A stretch of 64,000 nt of DNA, from the NCBI GenBank assembly GCA_030704615.1, contig CM060732.1, positions 21,142,001 to 21,206,000 on the forward strand, read 5' to 3'. This DNA is from Takakia lepidozioides. Taxonomy: Eukaryota; Plantae; Bryophyta. Position 1 is the first letter of the stretch; every line of letters begins with the position of its first letter. Position numbers and translations under genes: made by a program. The notes under the pieces were generated by a model. That model was not told the origin of the DNA. It worked only from the letters and a program-made list of their open reading frames with translations, and made no database searches. Below, piece by piece: positions 12,001 to 25,495 of this stretch.

Positions 12001-15000
12001 TGTCATTTGTTTGGAAGCAAAGAGCACAGTTGGAAGAATGACCAGCATTGAATGCACTCTCTGCCAGCTGCGAATCGGGTTGGACTCCAACAGTAGCAGC
12101 AAAGGCGCAGGAAATCTTTTCGGACTCAACAGTAGGTTTTGAAGATAATTGGACCTTGAGAAGGTTGAAACTGTAGAACCCAACAGGATTCTGTGATGAA
12201 ATCTCAAAAGACCCAAGGACCCGGGAGCTGACTCACAGTATTAAACACTCTGCCAGTGAATATACCCGATTAAATGTAGCAAACATTCCTCCAGAGACCC
12301 GGGATGATAGCCTCCCAGTCATCAACCAAGCACTCCTCAATTATGTTTGCCAGGACCGGATTTGGCTTCAGTATATATTCTAAAGCGTTTCTAACAGCGA
12401 GATCAGTGATCAGTGATCAGTGATCTTGTCCCAATTCTTATGTCCTAGGAAAATTTCGGGCCAGCCCTTTTGAAGAGCTCTCACCACACTAGTGACTATA
12501 GCAGCAAAAAGCGTCTGAGCCACTCTGGTTATAATTTCTTGCGTCTCACAGAGGGCACAGAGGAGATGGCAGTACATGCCGTCTACTGTCGTTACAAATG
12601 CCACTTCATTCGAACTCGCACATACATTGTTGGCGTCATATTTCCGCTCTCTGCACATTGGGATCTTAACACAATTGGTTGTCACTGCTCCAGCATTGAT
12701 TCCGCTTGGGGTGTCAATCTGCTTTCCTACTCTCAGTTAAGAGATTTCCATATGCATGTCTTCAGATGGGCACGACAATTCGATTGTGACAAAGAAAGTT
12801 CAAAGCTGCTGACGAGGTGACAGATGTGATGTAATAGAGAACAAAATGTTTCCGGCAGATTCGGTGAAGAAAAATCCGGGATGCTATCCTCTAGCTAGAT
12901 CCTCAGATATTTTTAGCGGCACAGATCTGGAAACATCTGCCCAATTTAGGCTCTGCCGTGGAAAAATCTTCCGTCCACATCTGGACGTTCTGGTCTGAGT
13001 GCTAGTCCTGACTCCTGACAATGGTAAGTATGGTAAGAAAAAAAAAGAAAAAAAGTATGGCCTCAGTATGGCGTTGACTACTCGATGACGTTGTGAGGTA
13101 ACATAACACAACTCGTGCTCTTGCTCTCAAGTTTAAGAAGAATTAAATTGTGTCGGGGATCATCTAGTTATGTACTGACTAGTTCGGGCCGATTCTTCTG
13201 TTTTCCTTGACCTCCAATATTGCAATCACTGCTGCAGCTCTCAATTGAGATGTCTCCCTCAGTGCTGACATGTATATTGGTCGGATCTTCCCTCCTGAGA
13301 TTAATTTTGTAGTTGTGCGCACAATGCATTTCCCATTTAAAGAATCTATTGAAGGATTGGACCCAAGACCACCCTGGCCGGCAGAAAAATAATTTCATCT
13401 AGAAAGTAGATCACCAAAAATGCCATCAATGCCCTGATAGGCTTTCAAAGGAGACTAGAAGCTACGAGTAAGATTGTGCTTGTCATAGACTAAATTAGCA
13501 CTAGAATGGCAAGTCTAAATACCTGAATCTGATCCTGGAGCAAAATGATGGACTGAGCTCAAGAATCTTCATCGAAGAATCACCAGGAAACTGCAAAACG
13601 TTGGCGGGTTGTAAAGTGAGCTTACTGACTACGCCCATGACGTCGGCATCATTGTGACCAAAGGCCTATCAAATTTTATGTATCCATTTGCTTTCATCAC
13701 TGCCACCTCATGTGATCGATAATCATCACCACCCATATCAACCGATGCTATAGAGACTCAGGATCATATGATACAGTTCTGGCAGTATGTTGTTAATTTG
13801 CAGATTGCACTTTTCTATGCTCCTCTATGCTGCCCGGATTTCCACTCTCTAAATGTTATATTCTCTACAAATGTTAAAACAAAATTACTTCCCTACTAGT
13901 GCACGCTAATGTTAAGTTTCTTTATGAACAATGTTTTACTCCCCTCTTCCCTTAATAAATCTTAAGCCGCACCGTAAAGACTACGAGATATGCTCCAGCT
14001 ACATCCCAAAGTAAGCTCCAGCTGGGTTAAGATAACTGTAACATAACCAATCAGAAGATTGAAGGTAATCAGAAGGTAGCACTAAAGGTAGTAGTCCAGT
14101 CCCATCCTGGATGAATGTTAACCCTCAGTAATAGGAAAAATTAGTAGTGGAATATGGTTGTGGGTGGTTGCTTGAAATGACATACTTTGTCCTGAGTTGT
14201 GTGACATGGGTTTTTTCAACCGCATGGGCAGAGTTACAAGGAGGATAGAAATGGTCATCCAAGCGAAGGTTTGGACTGGATTGCACGCGAAAGTAGAGTT
14301 GGGCAAGTCTCAAAATTTGGATTGGTTCAATGTTTTGTTGGAGAGGTGAGGTATGGGACCTGGGTGTCGACTTCTTTTGTCAGACTCCAAGAGTACTACG
14401 GCCGTAACAGCTAACTAAGAGCCACTCGGCCTACTAGATAACCTCAACGAAGGGACCACGCTGTGATTGTGATAGCCACTATGTATCATACGAAGAGGCA
14501 GGTTCTTCTTTCAAGTCTATCTGAGAGTTTTGAAATCTATCGTGAAATTGGATGTGACACATTGGCCCATATTTTCCTACGTCTATTGGGATTAGCATTG
14601 GGATTAGCAGGAGCCAAGCATTCAAGGAGGGTCCAGCAAAGAAGGTGGTTGAGGTGTTGCAACAAGTGGAACTCTTCAATGATTTGGATTAATTACGATC
14701 GAGCTATCCGACGATCTTAAATGAATGTGATATGTACCAACGGTTGTATGCAATATGTGGAGCTGAGTTGGATATATAGCACTGGGGCTAGGAATTATTT
14801 CTAAGACCATGTTCTTCTTTTAAAGTCCCTGGTTCATGCCAAATATTATATCTTTTCGTCCTTCAGGATCTCATGAATTAATGTACTGCATACAATCTAC
14901 GCAAACACATCGGGTCTTCAAGCTCTAGAGCAGATTCACACATGTGTATTAGGGCTTTCTAAAACAGCAGGTCTCCAGACCGGGGCCGGTGGACTGCCGG

Positions 15001-15899
15001 CTATGTTTTGGACGTTTGCGTTTATTCCACTCTGTGGCACTGCACAAGTTGAGCTAATTCTGTAGGTATGTTTCATATCGTTTCGAAGAAAAATTCTTCC
15101 CTGAGTTCTAGTAGCTGCTGGGAGACCATGGTAACTGTAGCTCAACACTGTTCTGACCCACTTAAATATTCGCTCATATATGTTCCATGCCTTCCTATTT
15201 CTTTTCACTGTAAAGGCTTTCTTTTCCAGCTTGATAATTGTCCTATACTGATGTACCTGTAGCTAGGACTATGATCATGGAGGAAAAATGAAGATGGTGC
15301 CAGGCTTGACCAGGGTAGTGAATACATCTTTATAAAGAGATTGCAAGACAAGGCACTTGATGCCACACAAGGCTTATCGACTATGATACTGATCAGGACA
15401 TTAGATTGTGCGTCTACAGCTGTGATATTTGTGGCGAAGTGCAGAGAGTGGTGGAAGCAGTCTGGATCATCGTCACCTCACTCACGCCACCTCTTTGGCG
15501 TTATCGTTCTTGGATGCTGTGGGAGGGATGTCTCAACTTGGGCACTGCAAAAGATTAAACGATTAATCAATATATGAAGCAAGAGTTTTGTTTGTTTGTT
15601 TTGTTTTGTTTTGTAGCGTTGAGATGTCCCCAACCGCAAGGCCCCAGCCGCTGGCGCTTGGTACAGTTGGAAAGTCCTCCAAGAGGAGGGGTGTACCAGC
15701 TTGGTCTCATGATTTTTGGACATGCGGTGTGGGAGATACGAAATTCCAAGTACTTTTGGTTGCTGGAAATTCACAAAAAATAGCAAAAATGGCAAAGTGG
15801 GCATTCCTGGAAAATGGTTGGAGCCTGGACGGAGAGATATCAAGGGAATGGTCTCCGGTTCAAATCTGGTCGTAGGCTCTCTGAAAAAAAAAAATGATC

Positions 15900-16260
15900 A
15901 GATATGGGATTGCACTTGGACTTAGATGACATTGGACACTTGGGCATGTACACGAGATATGCACTTGGGTACTTGAATAGAAGATTGCACTTGGGCCTCG
16001 ACAGAGGAGACCCACTTTGGATACGTAAGAAATTGCACTTGGGCTTAGATTTCAACTCTTCACACATGGGCTTGACATAGGAGACACTACTTGAATACAT
16101 AGGGGATTGCACTTGGACTTAGATTTCATTCTTAACCCATGGGCCAATGGCGCACGCTACCCTAGGCCTAGATCTCCCAAACAGGAGGGTCTCTAGATAC
16201 ATAGGGGATTAGACTTGGACTTAGATGACACTGGACACTTGGGCAACGGCACAGGCTACC
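15900..16260. repeat. Degenerate tandem repeat built on TTGCACTTGG(A/G)C(T/C)T
   Basis: GCACTTGG / TTGGACTTAGAT motifs recur about 8 times with variable spacing. Confidence 0.55.
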
Positions 16261-17289
16261 CTAGTACTTTTTAAAGAACAACAACTTATGATGACACTTA
16301 TGCCACGTGCTTTATATCCCATATTTGATGAAGGATGAATTACCGTTAGGGTAACGACGGAACTATGAGTTGGAGTGTGAAACCAAGATTCTGCACTCAA
16401 GGGTTTATTCCCCTCCTCTGCGGGATTGTGCTGACAGAGGGATGTAAGCTCGGTAAAGTTTGCAAGCAAGGAAGGGAGGATCTTCTTTTGAGGACGTCAG
16501 ATCTCACACATCAACACTTAGTTCATCGAGGCACACTGCATCCATCCGCCTCAAACACTTCGTACACTAGAGATTAACACCAGAGAAACGTACACCCGCT
16601 GCCTAGGTTTGCAGCCGATCCCCTTTTATAATCAAGGGCCTAAGATTAAATCACCACAGGATGGCACATCCTGATTGGTCCGCTAGATTACAACCAGATG
16701 CCCATCTAGATAGGATGACACATAAACTAACTTAGAGATAGGGTAGCTGTTAACATAACACAATCCTTAGTTTATAAATAGATCCGTCAATCTGTCTTCA
16801 TTCCTACCTTTTCATAAGGGTCATTCATCCACGTTTATCATCTTTGTTCCTCCAGTGCCCAATAATAAGGTAGGTGGGAATCTAGTCTTTACAGGAGTCT
16901 CATCCATATTAATTAAGTTAAACGCTTGTCTTTTCTTAACAGCTAGCTTATTTCTAGGATGCCAGCAATGCATCTGATGTGGCCAGATACGTGGATGAGA
17001 AATTGGCCAAGCCGGCTGATAAGATTAAGGACTAGGGATTATATAAAGCAGAAGGCTAAGAGCTTTGGCGGCCGATGTTCATGGATGAAATCTGAGGTGT
17101 ACTTACTTGAGTGGATGAAGCGTGAATGTATGATCTGGCATCCGTGTCCTCTGCATGATATCCTTTCTATCTCGCTAGCACGTTCTGCCGAGTTGCATTC
17201 CCATATTCTATTGGTGCCCGTAGAGGAAGTGGAATAACCCTGGGGCTCGAGAATCTAGCTTCACAAGAGTTAAGGAGATAGAGTAGCCG

Positions 17290-17906
17290 AGCGTCTTTTT
17301 ACTCAACACCCTCGTCAACATGTATGCTAAGTGCGGGTGTGTGGTGGATGCACACCAAGTGTTTGAGAAAATGCTTAAGCGGAATGTGTTTACATGGACA
17401 ATAATGATAGCAGGATATGCCAAGCTTGGGTGTAGTAGGGATGCTCTTGAGATGTATGAACAAATGCAACGGGGAGGGGTGACCCCTGACAAGGTCACGT
17501 TCATATCTGTTATTAATGCGTGTGCTAGGCTAGGAGCCCTAGAAAAAGGCAGAAAGGTTTATGCTGACATTATCAAAGCCAGGATTGGATCATATATAAA
17601 TTTGGAGAATACCCTTATTGACATGTATTTCAAGTGCGGAAGCATAAAGGATGCAAGACAAGTGTTCGACTACCTGGTGAAGCGAGATGTGGTCTCATGG
17701 AGTGCAATGATCACAGGATATGCTCAGCATGGGTGTGGCGAGGAGGCTTTCAAGATCTATGAGCAAATGCAGCAGGAAAGGGTGATGCCTAATAGGGTCA
17801 CATTCATTTGTGTTTTGAATGTGTGTGCCAGCCTAAAAGCTTTGGAAAAGGGCGAAGGAGGTCCACAGTGATATGATCAAAGCTGGAATTACATCGTATA
17901 TAAATT
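17290..17906 (+). pseudogene. PLS PPR gene, 5' part, interrupted by CACTA-A
   Basis: ORF 17320-17871 has PLS motifs; after a frameshift it continues ...KAGITSYIN up to CACTACAACAG at 17907. Confidence 0.85.
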
Positions 17907-18304
17907 CACTACAACAGATCGCGGTAGTTATGACTGCCAAACCATGGTAGTCATGGTTTTCATGACTTTGACCATGACTGCACCATGTTTTTATATGAAA
18001 TTGACCTCCCGCAGTCGTTCATACGACTGTAGTCATATGAATGACTATCTAAATAGTCGTCTGTGTGACTACATGGCTTCGGAATGGGCGGAAGGCTGGT
18101 CAACAGCAATTGACCAGATTTAGCTCACCATTCATAGTCATTTCCATGACTACAGTGTACATGGATGAGGTTACATAGTCATGATGACTACTGGGGATTT
18201 TGTAATTTGGTGTGTATAATACATGTCGTGCACCTAAGCATCGTGCCACAACATACATCGCTGTCCACCACACAATCTAAGCACACAATCCTAGAAAGCT
18301 ATAC
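17907..18304 (+). mobile_element. CACTA-A left terminus (TIR and subterminal ATGACT repeats)
   Basis: TIR CACTACAACAGATCGCG preceded by ATT (17904-17906); dense ATGACT/AGTCAT repeats; matching terminus at 58577. Confidence 0.8.
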
Positions 18305-21300
18305 CAAAGGTCCTGAGTTCTCATCTGAATCAAAGACCTCTCCATGTCACTGTATCTATAGGGTCTCCGAAAGATTGGCGTGTCAGTAGTCAATTCAATG
18401 CGAATCTCTTGACCCTTCAGTGCTCCTAAGTCCTTCAAACTAAAGGCAAAGCAGTTCCTGTAAGCCCTCAAGAACCGCTGTATACGTCGTCTCTCTCCTC
18501 CGGTGACTATAGGTCCAACATCAGGCTCCCAGTTGTACTCCGTGACTGCAACCTTGAGTCCAGCAGGCTTAGAGGTAGAAGATGCGTCTCGTGGTTGCTA
18601 TGTTGCAACCTCTTAAGCAGTGACCACTGCCTCCTCTGTCAGTGACAATGTCTCATCCTGCCCTATCATCCCATCCTTGAGGACCTCCTCAATCCGAGAA
18701 AAATCCCCAACCTGATCCATCACCGCCGCCTTGGCTGCCAACTCCTTTTGAACCTCGAGCACCTCCCATGTGTGCCATGGATGCGGCCTGCACCTCGTGG
18801 TCCTCACCTGCTCGCCCCCACTCGCTGCCTGTACCGTCTCGGTAGGCAGGGAGACCATGAATGGAAGTGTACTCCGTACTCTGCGCTGCTCAACCATAGC
18901 CAAGCTGATAATCCAGGTCAAGCAATTGAGATCCATTGCTTGCCCCAACACCTGACGACGTGATGCCTCAGAAAGAGATGGCACCGCCGTGGTACCTGTG
19001 GTAAAACCCATCGCCCGCTCGCGCTCGTCAGCATTGGGCTCCACTAATTGTTGCAACTGGCTATCCCACAAGAAGTCAGGTCCACCATCCCGAAAGCATG
19101 GGATCCTGGGAAGCTGAGCAGTGTAGGTAATGCTGCTCGTGGTTGACCCACCCTGTTGACCACTGCCAAAGGCGAACGGTCATCGTGTCTCACACGTTGA
19201 GACTGCCTCCATGTGTTTAAAATGCTATCCACTGCGAGGTGTGCTCGCCGATGCACCCCATCAAATGCAAGCTTGAGCAGTGCGGGTGGCATCAAGTTAG
19301 TCCACCATAGCCGTGGACGATGAGGCCATGACCCCACTGCAGCTGCATCCAGCAACACTGCTGACCCAAGCTACAACCGGACTTGATACACACTGGTCAT
19401 CACCCTGGCCCGAGAATCACCCATCAGTGGCACATTCTCCAAGATGTATGCTGGAGATACAGCTTGATGAAGCTGCAAGTGGCGCAAAATCCGCACCATC
19501 TCCCAAAACAGACCCGTCCTCGAGTCTCGCAATCCATTGCCATGCCCGGCTGATGAATGCCCTTGGCAGGGCCAACTTGTCACTACCAGATCAATGGAGC
19601 CAACCCGCTCCAAATCATGCGCCCCCAGCAACGAAATGTCTGCTGGCAAGGCTTGTTGGTATCCACGAACTGCAGACACTGGCAACAAATCAGGGTACTG
19701 CTGTACCAACTGAGCAACATGGCGCAGTGAGACGTGTCGTGCAGTCTCATCCCTCTCCACATACAGGTAACGTCGAACTCGTACACCTGCCTGCAGTACT
19801 ATAGCCAATCCAGTGCTGATCCCGCCAAACAAGTCCAGAAGGCATATGCCTTCATCCGGGCACTGCCACACAAGAGGTGTGGTGTCCAATGGCGACAACT
19901 GAGGTGGTCTTGGTGCAATCACCGCATTCTCCTCTTCTCCTGACGGTACGAAGGCCTCTACCCAGGCTTGTTGTACCCGTCCATTAGCAGCCTGCTGCAA
20001 ATCCTTGCTCGTACCCCATAATGGAGTGTGAGCAACCATGGCAGGCAACTCCGCCGTACCATCCTGCTCTGCTGGAGGTGGCACATCCTCTGCATAGGCA
20101 TTGCCTTCCAACAACTCTCCAGGCCAACTAACTGCAGCTGTAATGGCGGCTAGTGTTGGCAGCTTGCCCCGCTGGGCAGCCGTAATATCCCCAATGAATG
20201 TCACAGGGAGCTGTGCACGACGACCATCCCCTGACTGCCTTCCAGGCCTGTAGGATGCTGACTCCTCCCAAAAGTCCAGGGTGAAGCCCATGGGATATAA
20301 CACTGCCCCACCAACAAGGACATCGTAAGAGACCGCGTCTATCACAATGGCCTTGGCTCGCATCACTGAACCATCTACAGGATGATCTGGTTGTAGTCCA
20401 ATGGCCAACTCACGCCGTGTCATGCCCCGAGCCTGCTTTGATCCTCCCAGAGATGTTTGTATCTGGAAAGGACAAGGCTCCATATCCGCCTCCATGAGGC
20501 CCAAACCTGCAATAGCAGCTCTGCCCAACATCAGTGGCTGAGCTCCTGAGTCCAACAAGACCCGCAGTGGCCGGTACTTCTTGCCTGCCGGTCCACTCAA
20601 AGTGAAAATGCCTCCCTGGTTGTCTAACAAGACAACTCCAGGTGTCACCATGGCGCGCTCAAAGGCTGGCCTAGCTGGCAGCTCCGTCAACCTGGCAGCT
20701 GCAGCTTGCCATGGCGCAGCCGTGGCAGTCTTGACCCTCAAATCCAATGATCCCTCTGCCACTACACCTTCCAGTAACTCCGCAGAAGATGAAGTGACCT
20801 CCTCACTCTCGCAGAGTGTTGTTGCTAGTCTGAACACTGCAGCTGGTCTTATCCCCGGCGTCGCAATCATGGTTGCCGAGAACAATGGGGCTTGACACAC
20901 AGAGGTGGCTGCCCCCAAAAACACACAGGCTGCACTAGCCTTGGTAGCAGGTGTCAGTGCTGCACGTGTAGCTCTCCCCAATGGCATAGTAACCTCCGCC
21001 TCGGTAACAGTCGGGCGAGAACTAGGTGCCATGGATGGCGTCGACACTATCTCCGCCAATGTAAATGACTGAGGAAGCCTCGCCTGACGGCTTGCCTCCC
21101 CACGCTGTGGATCCAATTCCACCTCTGCACCTCGTGGCTCAGGAACTCGTGCTGCTCCTCGAGTCACGGCTGCAGCAGACTCCACCTGCACTAGTGGTAG
21201 TGCTGCTCCGCACATGAATCCCATGCCTCCCATATCTCCTCCCTCAGGAGCAGGAGGTGGACCATCCCGCCTGGGAGCCGGTACCACATGAGCTGTAGCC

Positions 21301-21744
21301 ATGGCAGCGAGCCTCTGCTCTAGCTGCTGAAGCCGGTTGGCCATGTCTTGGTCAACACCCTGACCTCCGCGTCCTTGGCCATGTTGAGCTTGCCCTTGGC
21401 CTGCACCTCGTGCCCGACCACCTCGTCCTCTCTGGGGTGGTCCACCTCGCCCCCGGCCACCATTGTTCCCTTGGAACTGGCCTGGGCGCAACTCAGGGTG
21501 CAAGTCATAACACTGGGCATCTCCATGCCCATACTTGCCACAATGCCCACACTGCAACTGTGCAGGCTGTGCTTGTGTCGGCCTTCTACCACTCTCTAGG
21601 CAATCTCTCTTGACATGGGGTCCTCCACATGTCCAACATATCACCCCTGGTTGTTGTTGGCCTGCAAAAGATGCCACGGGCCTCTGCACCTGAGGTCCCC
21701 TGTAAGCTCCATGGAACTTGGGTTGGGCAACCTTGCCCCCCTGA
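18305..21744 (-). mobile_element. Ty3/Gypsy retrotransposon copy 1, internal part: Zn knuckles, aspartic protease, C5 DNA methyltransferase, RT N-terminus (truncated)
   Basis: CWTCGGPHVKRDC and CGHCGKYGHGDAQC; protease VLLDSGAQ; DNMT motifs; RT lead-in CFAFSLKDLG...IRIELTTDTPIFRRPYRYS. Confidence 0.9.
18900..19850 (-). pseudogene. DNMT3-like cytosine-5 DNA methyltransferase domain in retrotransposon copy 1
   Basis: Motif I LLDLFGGISTG, II YVERD, IV SWPCQG, VI ILENV, VIII HRPRLWWTNL, IX ERERAMGF, X VLGQAMD; one TGG>TAG stop (19371-19373) and one frameshift (~19090). Confidence 0.9.
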
Positions 21745-23099
21745 CACTACTACAGAAACCGGTTTTTCCAACACCACCCATAGTTCACACCTGGCACTTT
21801 GAACAGCTCCTCTTACACCCATGTGAGAGGAGGCAAGGTGTGATCTGGACCATTGTAGGAAAACCCACATGGTGTTACAAATTTCACACTCGAATGACAC
21901 CCATACGGTCAACGGGTGTTGACCAAGATAATGCATATGGGGCATTTGACATGAGTGTGAAATGAGTCATGGAGTGTGAGGTTAGTATGAGATGTCCTAC
22001 AAGAATTTGGGGCAACTATATGGCGTGGCACATTGACCATCTAGGTGGAAGATAGATGGATGAAATGACTTCCACCTCTATTCAACATGCCTTGGACGAC
22101 ATAACACATAGACTTTTGTTTAGAGAATTTAAAAGTTCAAAAATGTTATTAGGGTTATGGGGCCTGCATGTAGAGGGCTGTGGGACTTGTAGTTTTTCTT
22201 TGCCAGCTCGTTTAGAATCTGAATGCCCACTAGTGCAGGCCATCCATTTAAGTTGATGCCAAAATGCATTTTCATCCAAACATCAAAGCTCTCAAAATAG
22301 ACAACCTCAAGTAAAATGAGAAGGAGATCGACAGAACCGAAAGGGCATAGAATTCTCTTCAATATTGAACACTACCTGCAACTATTGGCTATAACTTGCC
22401 CTCTGTCCTGTCACATATAATCCCTTCGGGAACCAACAATCCAAAAAGATGCACTGCTCATGCAGCTGACGACAATATCGTTATGAGAATGTCACACTAT
22501 AATCAACAATGTACAACAATTGCTTTGAGAAGCTATAGATAAAACTACCACATGTCGTCTCAGAGATTTGTGAGCGCCAAAAATGTCAATCCCATTTCTG
22601 TCCAGTCAACCTTGACACGCAGTTCGGGACACACAACAGAGAGGGCGTAGGCGCATGTGCACAACAACCCTAGGCCCCTCACAATGAGACAGTCTGAAGC
22701 TGAGCTGAGCACGAATTTCAATATCTACTAGTCCAACCGTACTAGAGAAATATCCAATGATCCTCAGACAAGGCTTTCTTCACCACCTTACAAAAATTGT
22801 TCCCAATGACTACCTCCCTGTCCACATTGTTGCTTGATAGCTTGGACAAAGTGCCTTGCTCTTTGTGACTGGCTCCCTTTTTGAGACAGCAGGGTTTTTT
22901 TTTGACGGGTGTACTTCACTCACAACCGTCTTTTTTACACTGCGTCCGGGATATCAATGATCGCCCCAGCCTGAATTTTGCCCCACCCTATCAAGCGCCA
23001 GTGTTTTTTAACTAGTGCTTTTCAACTCGTCTGCTGAGGGCCCCACTTTCTCCCCTCTTCTGGTACATGTCAAAATCACTCCAAGAGCCATAGTGTTGG

Positions 23100-25495
23100 A
23101 AAACTGCCTTCGCATCCTTGATGCTCCCACATTTGGCATACATGTCCACGAGGGCACTGTCCAGAATCACAATCAGGTACAATTCCAGCTTTGACAATGA
23201 AACCATGGACCTAATCTTCCCTTTTCCAGAGCTGGCAAGCTTGCCCTTGATGCTCCCACATTTGGCGTACATGTCCACGAGGGCATTGTTCAGAATCACA
23301 TCAGGTACAATTCCAGCTTTGACAATGAAACCATGGACCTCTTCCCTTTTCCAGAGCTGCCAGGCTTGCCCTTCATGCTGACACATTTGGCATATATGTC
23401 CACGAGGGCATTGTCCAGAATCACATCAGGTATAATTCCAGCTTTGACAATGAAACCATGGACCTCTTCCCTTTTCCAGAGCTGCCAGGCTTGCCCTTGA
23501 TGCTCCCACATTTGGCATACATGTCCACGAGGGCATTGTCCATAATCACAATCACGTACAATGCAAGCTTTGACAATGAAACCATGGACCTGATCGGAAC
23601 CTTTTCCAGAGCTGGCAGGCTTGCCATTGATGCTCCCACGTTTGGCATACATGTCCACGAGGGCATTGTCCAGAATCACAATCAGGTACAATGCAAGCTT
23701 TGACAATGAAACCATAGACCTGATCTTCCATTTTCCAGAGCTGGCAGGTTTGCCCTTGATGCTCCCACATTTGGCGTACATGTCCACGAGGGCATTGTTC
23801 AAAATCACATCAGGTACAATTCCAGCTTTGACAATGAAACCATGGACCTCTTCCCTTTTCCAGAGCTGCCAGGCTTGCCTTTCATGCTGACACATTTGGC
23901 ATACATGTCCACGAGGGCATTGTCCAGAATCACATCAGGTATAATTCCAGCTTTGACAATGAAACCATGGACCTCTTCCCTTTTCCAGAGCTGCCAGGCT
24001 TGCCCTTGATGCTCCCACATTTGGCATACATGTCCACGAGGGCATTGTCCATAATCACAATCACGTACAATGCAAGCTTTGACAATGAAACCATGGACCT
24101 GATCGGAACCTTTTCCAGAGCTGGCAGGCTTGCCATTGATGCTCCCACGTTTGGCATACATGTCCACGAGGGCATTGTCCAGAATCACAATCAGGTACAA
24201 TGCAAGCTTTGACAATGAAACCATAGACCTGATCTTCCATTTTCCAGAGCTGGCAGGTTTGCCCTTGATGCTCCCACATTTGGCGTACATGTCCACGAGG
24301 GCATTGTTCAAAATCACATCAGGTACAATTCCAGCTTTGACAATGAAACCATGGACCTCTTCCCTTTTCCAGAGCTGCCAGGCTTGCCTTTCATGCTGAC
24401 ACATTTGGCATACATGTCCACGAGGGCATTGTCCAGAATCACATCAGGTATAATTCCAGCTTTGACAATGAAACCATGGACCTCTTCCTTTTTCCAGAGC
24501 TGGCAGGCTTGCCCTTGATGCTCCCACATTTGGCATACATGTCCACAAGGGCATTGTCCAGAATCACAATTAGGTACAATTCCAGCTTTGACAATAAAAC
24601 CATGGACCTGAGCAGAACCTTTTCCAGAGCTGGCAGGCTTGCCATTGATGCTCCCACGTTTGGCATACATGTCCACGAGGGCATTGTCCATAATCACAAT
24701 CACGTACAATGCAAGCTTTGACAATGAAACCATGCTAACACATTTGGCATACATGTCCACGAGGGCATTGTCCAGAATCACATCAGGTACAATTCCAGCT
24801 TTGACAATGAAACCATGGACCCGATCTTCCCTTTTCCAGAGCTGCCAGGCTTGCCCTTCATGCTGAAACATTTGGCATACATGTCCACGAGGGCATTGTC
24901 TCGAATCACATCAGGTATAATTCCAGCTTTGACAATGAAACCATGGACCTCTTCCCTTTTCCAGAGCTGCCAGGCTTGCCCTTGATGCTCCCACATTTGG
25001 CATACTTGTCCACGAGGGCATTGTCCACAATCACAATCAGGTACAATTCCAGCTTTGACAATGAAACCATGGACCTGATCTTCCCTTTTCCAGAGCTGGC
25101 AGGCTTGCCCTTGATGCTCCCACATTTGGCATACATATCCACGAGGGCATTGTTCAAAATCACATCAGGTACAATTCCAGCTTAGACAATGAAACCATGG
25201 ACCTGATCTTCCCTTTTCCAGAGCTGCCAGGCTTGCCCTTCATGCTAACACATTTGGCATACATGTCCACGAGGGCATTGTCCATAATCACAATCAGGTA
25301 CAATGCAAGCTTTGACAATGAAACCATGGACCCGATCTTCCCTTTTCCAGAGCTGGCAGGCTTGCCCTTGCTGCTCCCACATTTGGCATACATGTCCTCG
25401 AGGGCATTGTTCAGAATCACGTCAAATACAATTCCAGCTTTGACAATGAAACCATGGACCTCTTCCCTTTTCCAGAGCTGCCAGGCTTGCACACG
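23100..25495 (-). repeat. PPR-derived tandem array: ~19 monomers of 125-130 bp with a 509-bp four-monomer higher-order repeat
   Basis: CACATTTGGCATACATGTCCACGAGGGCA recurs at about 129/125/125/130-bp spacing; near-identical ORFs at 23296, 23805 and 24314 (offset 509). Confidence 0.9.

Noticed and set aside
13700-16940. Degenerate LTR retrotransposon or solo LTR
   Set aside because: Only faint integrase-like words and ...TAACA ends; no paired LTR, TSD or clear PBS could be identified by eye
18900-19850. Host DRM/CMT/MET1 gene or bacterial restriction-modification methylase
   Set aside because: No UBA, BAH or chromo domain, no circular permutation and no partner endonuclease; it is in frame with retroelement protease and present in two colinear TE copies
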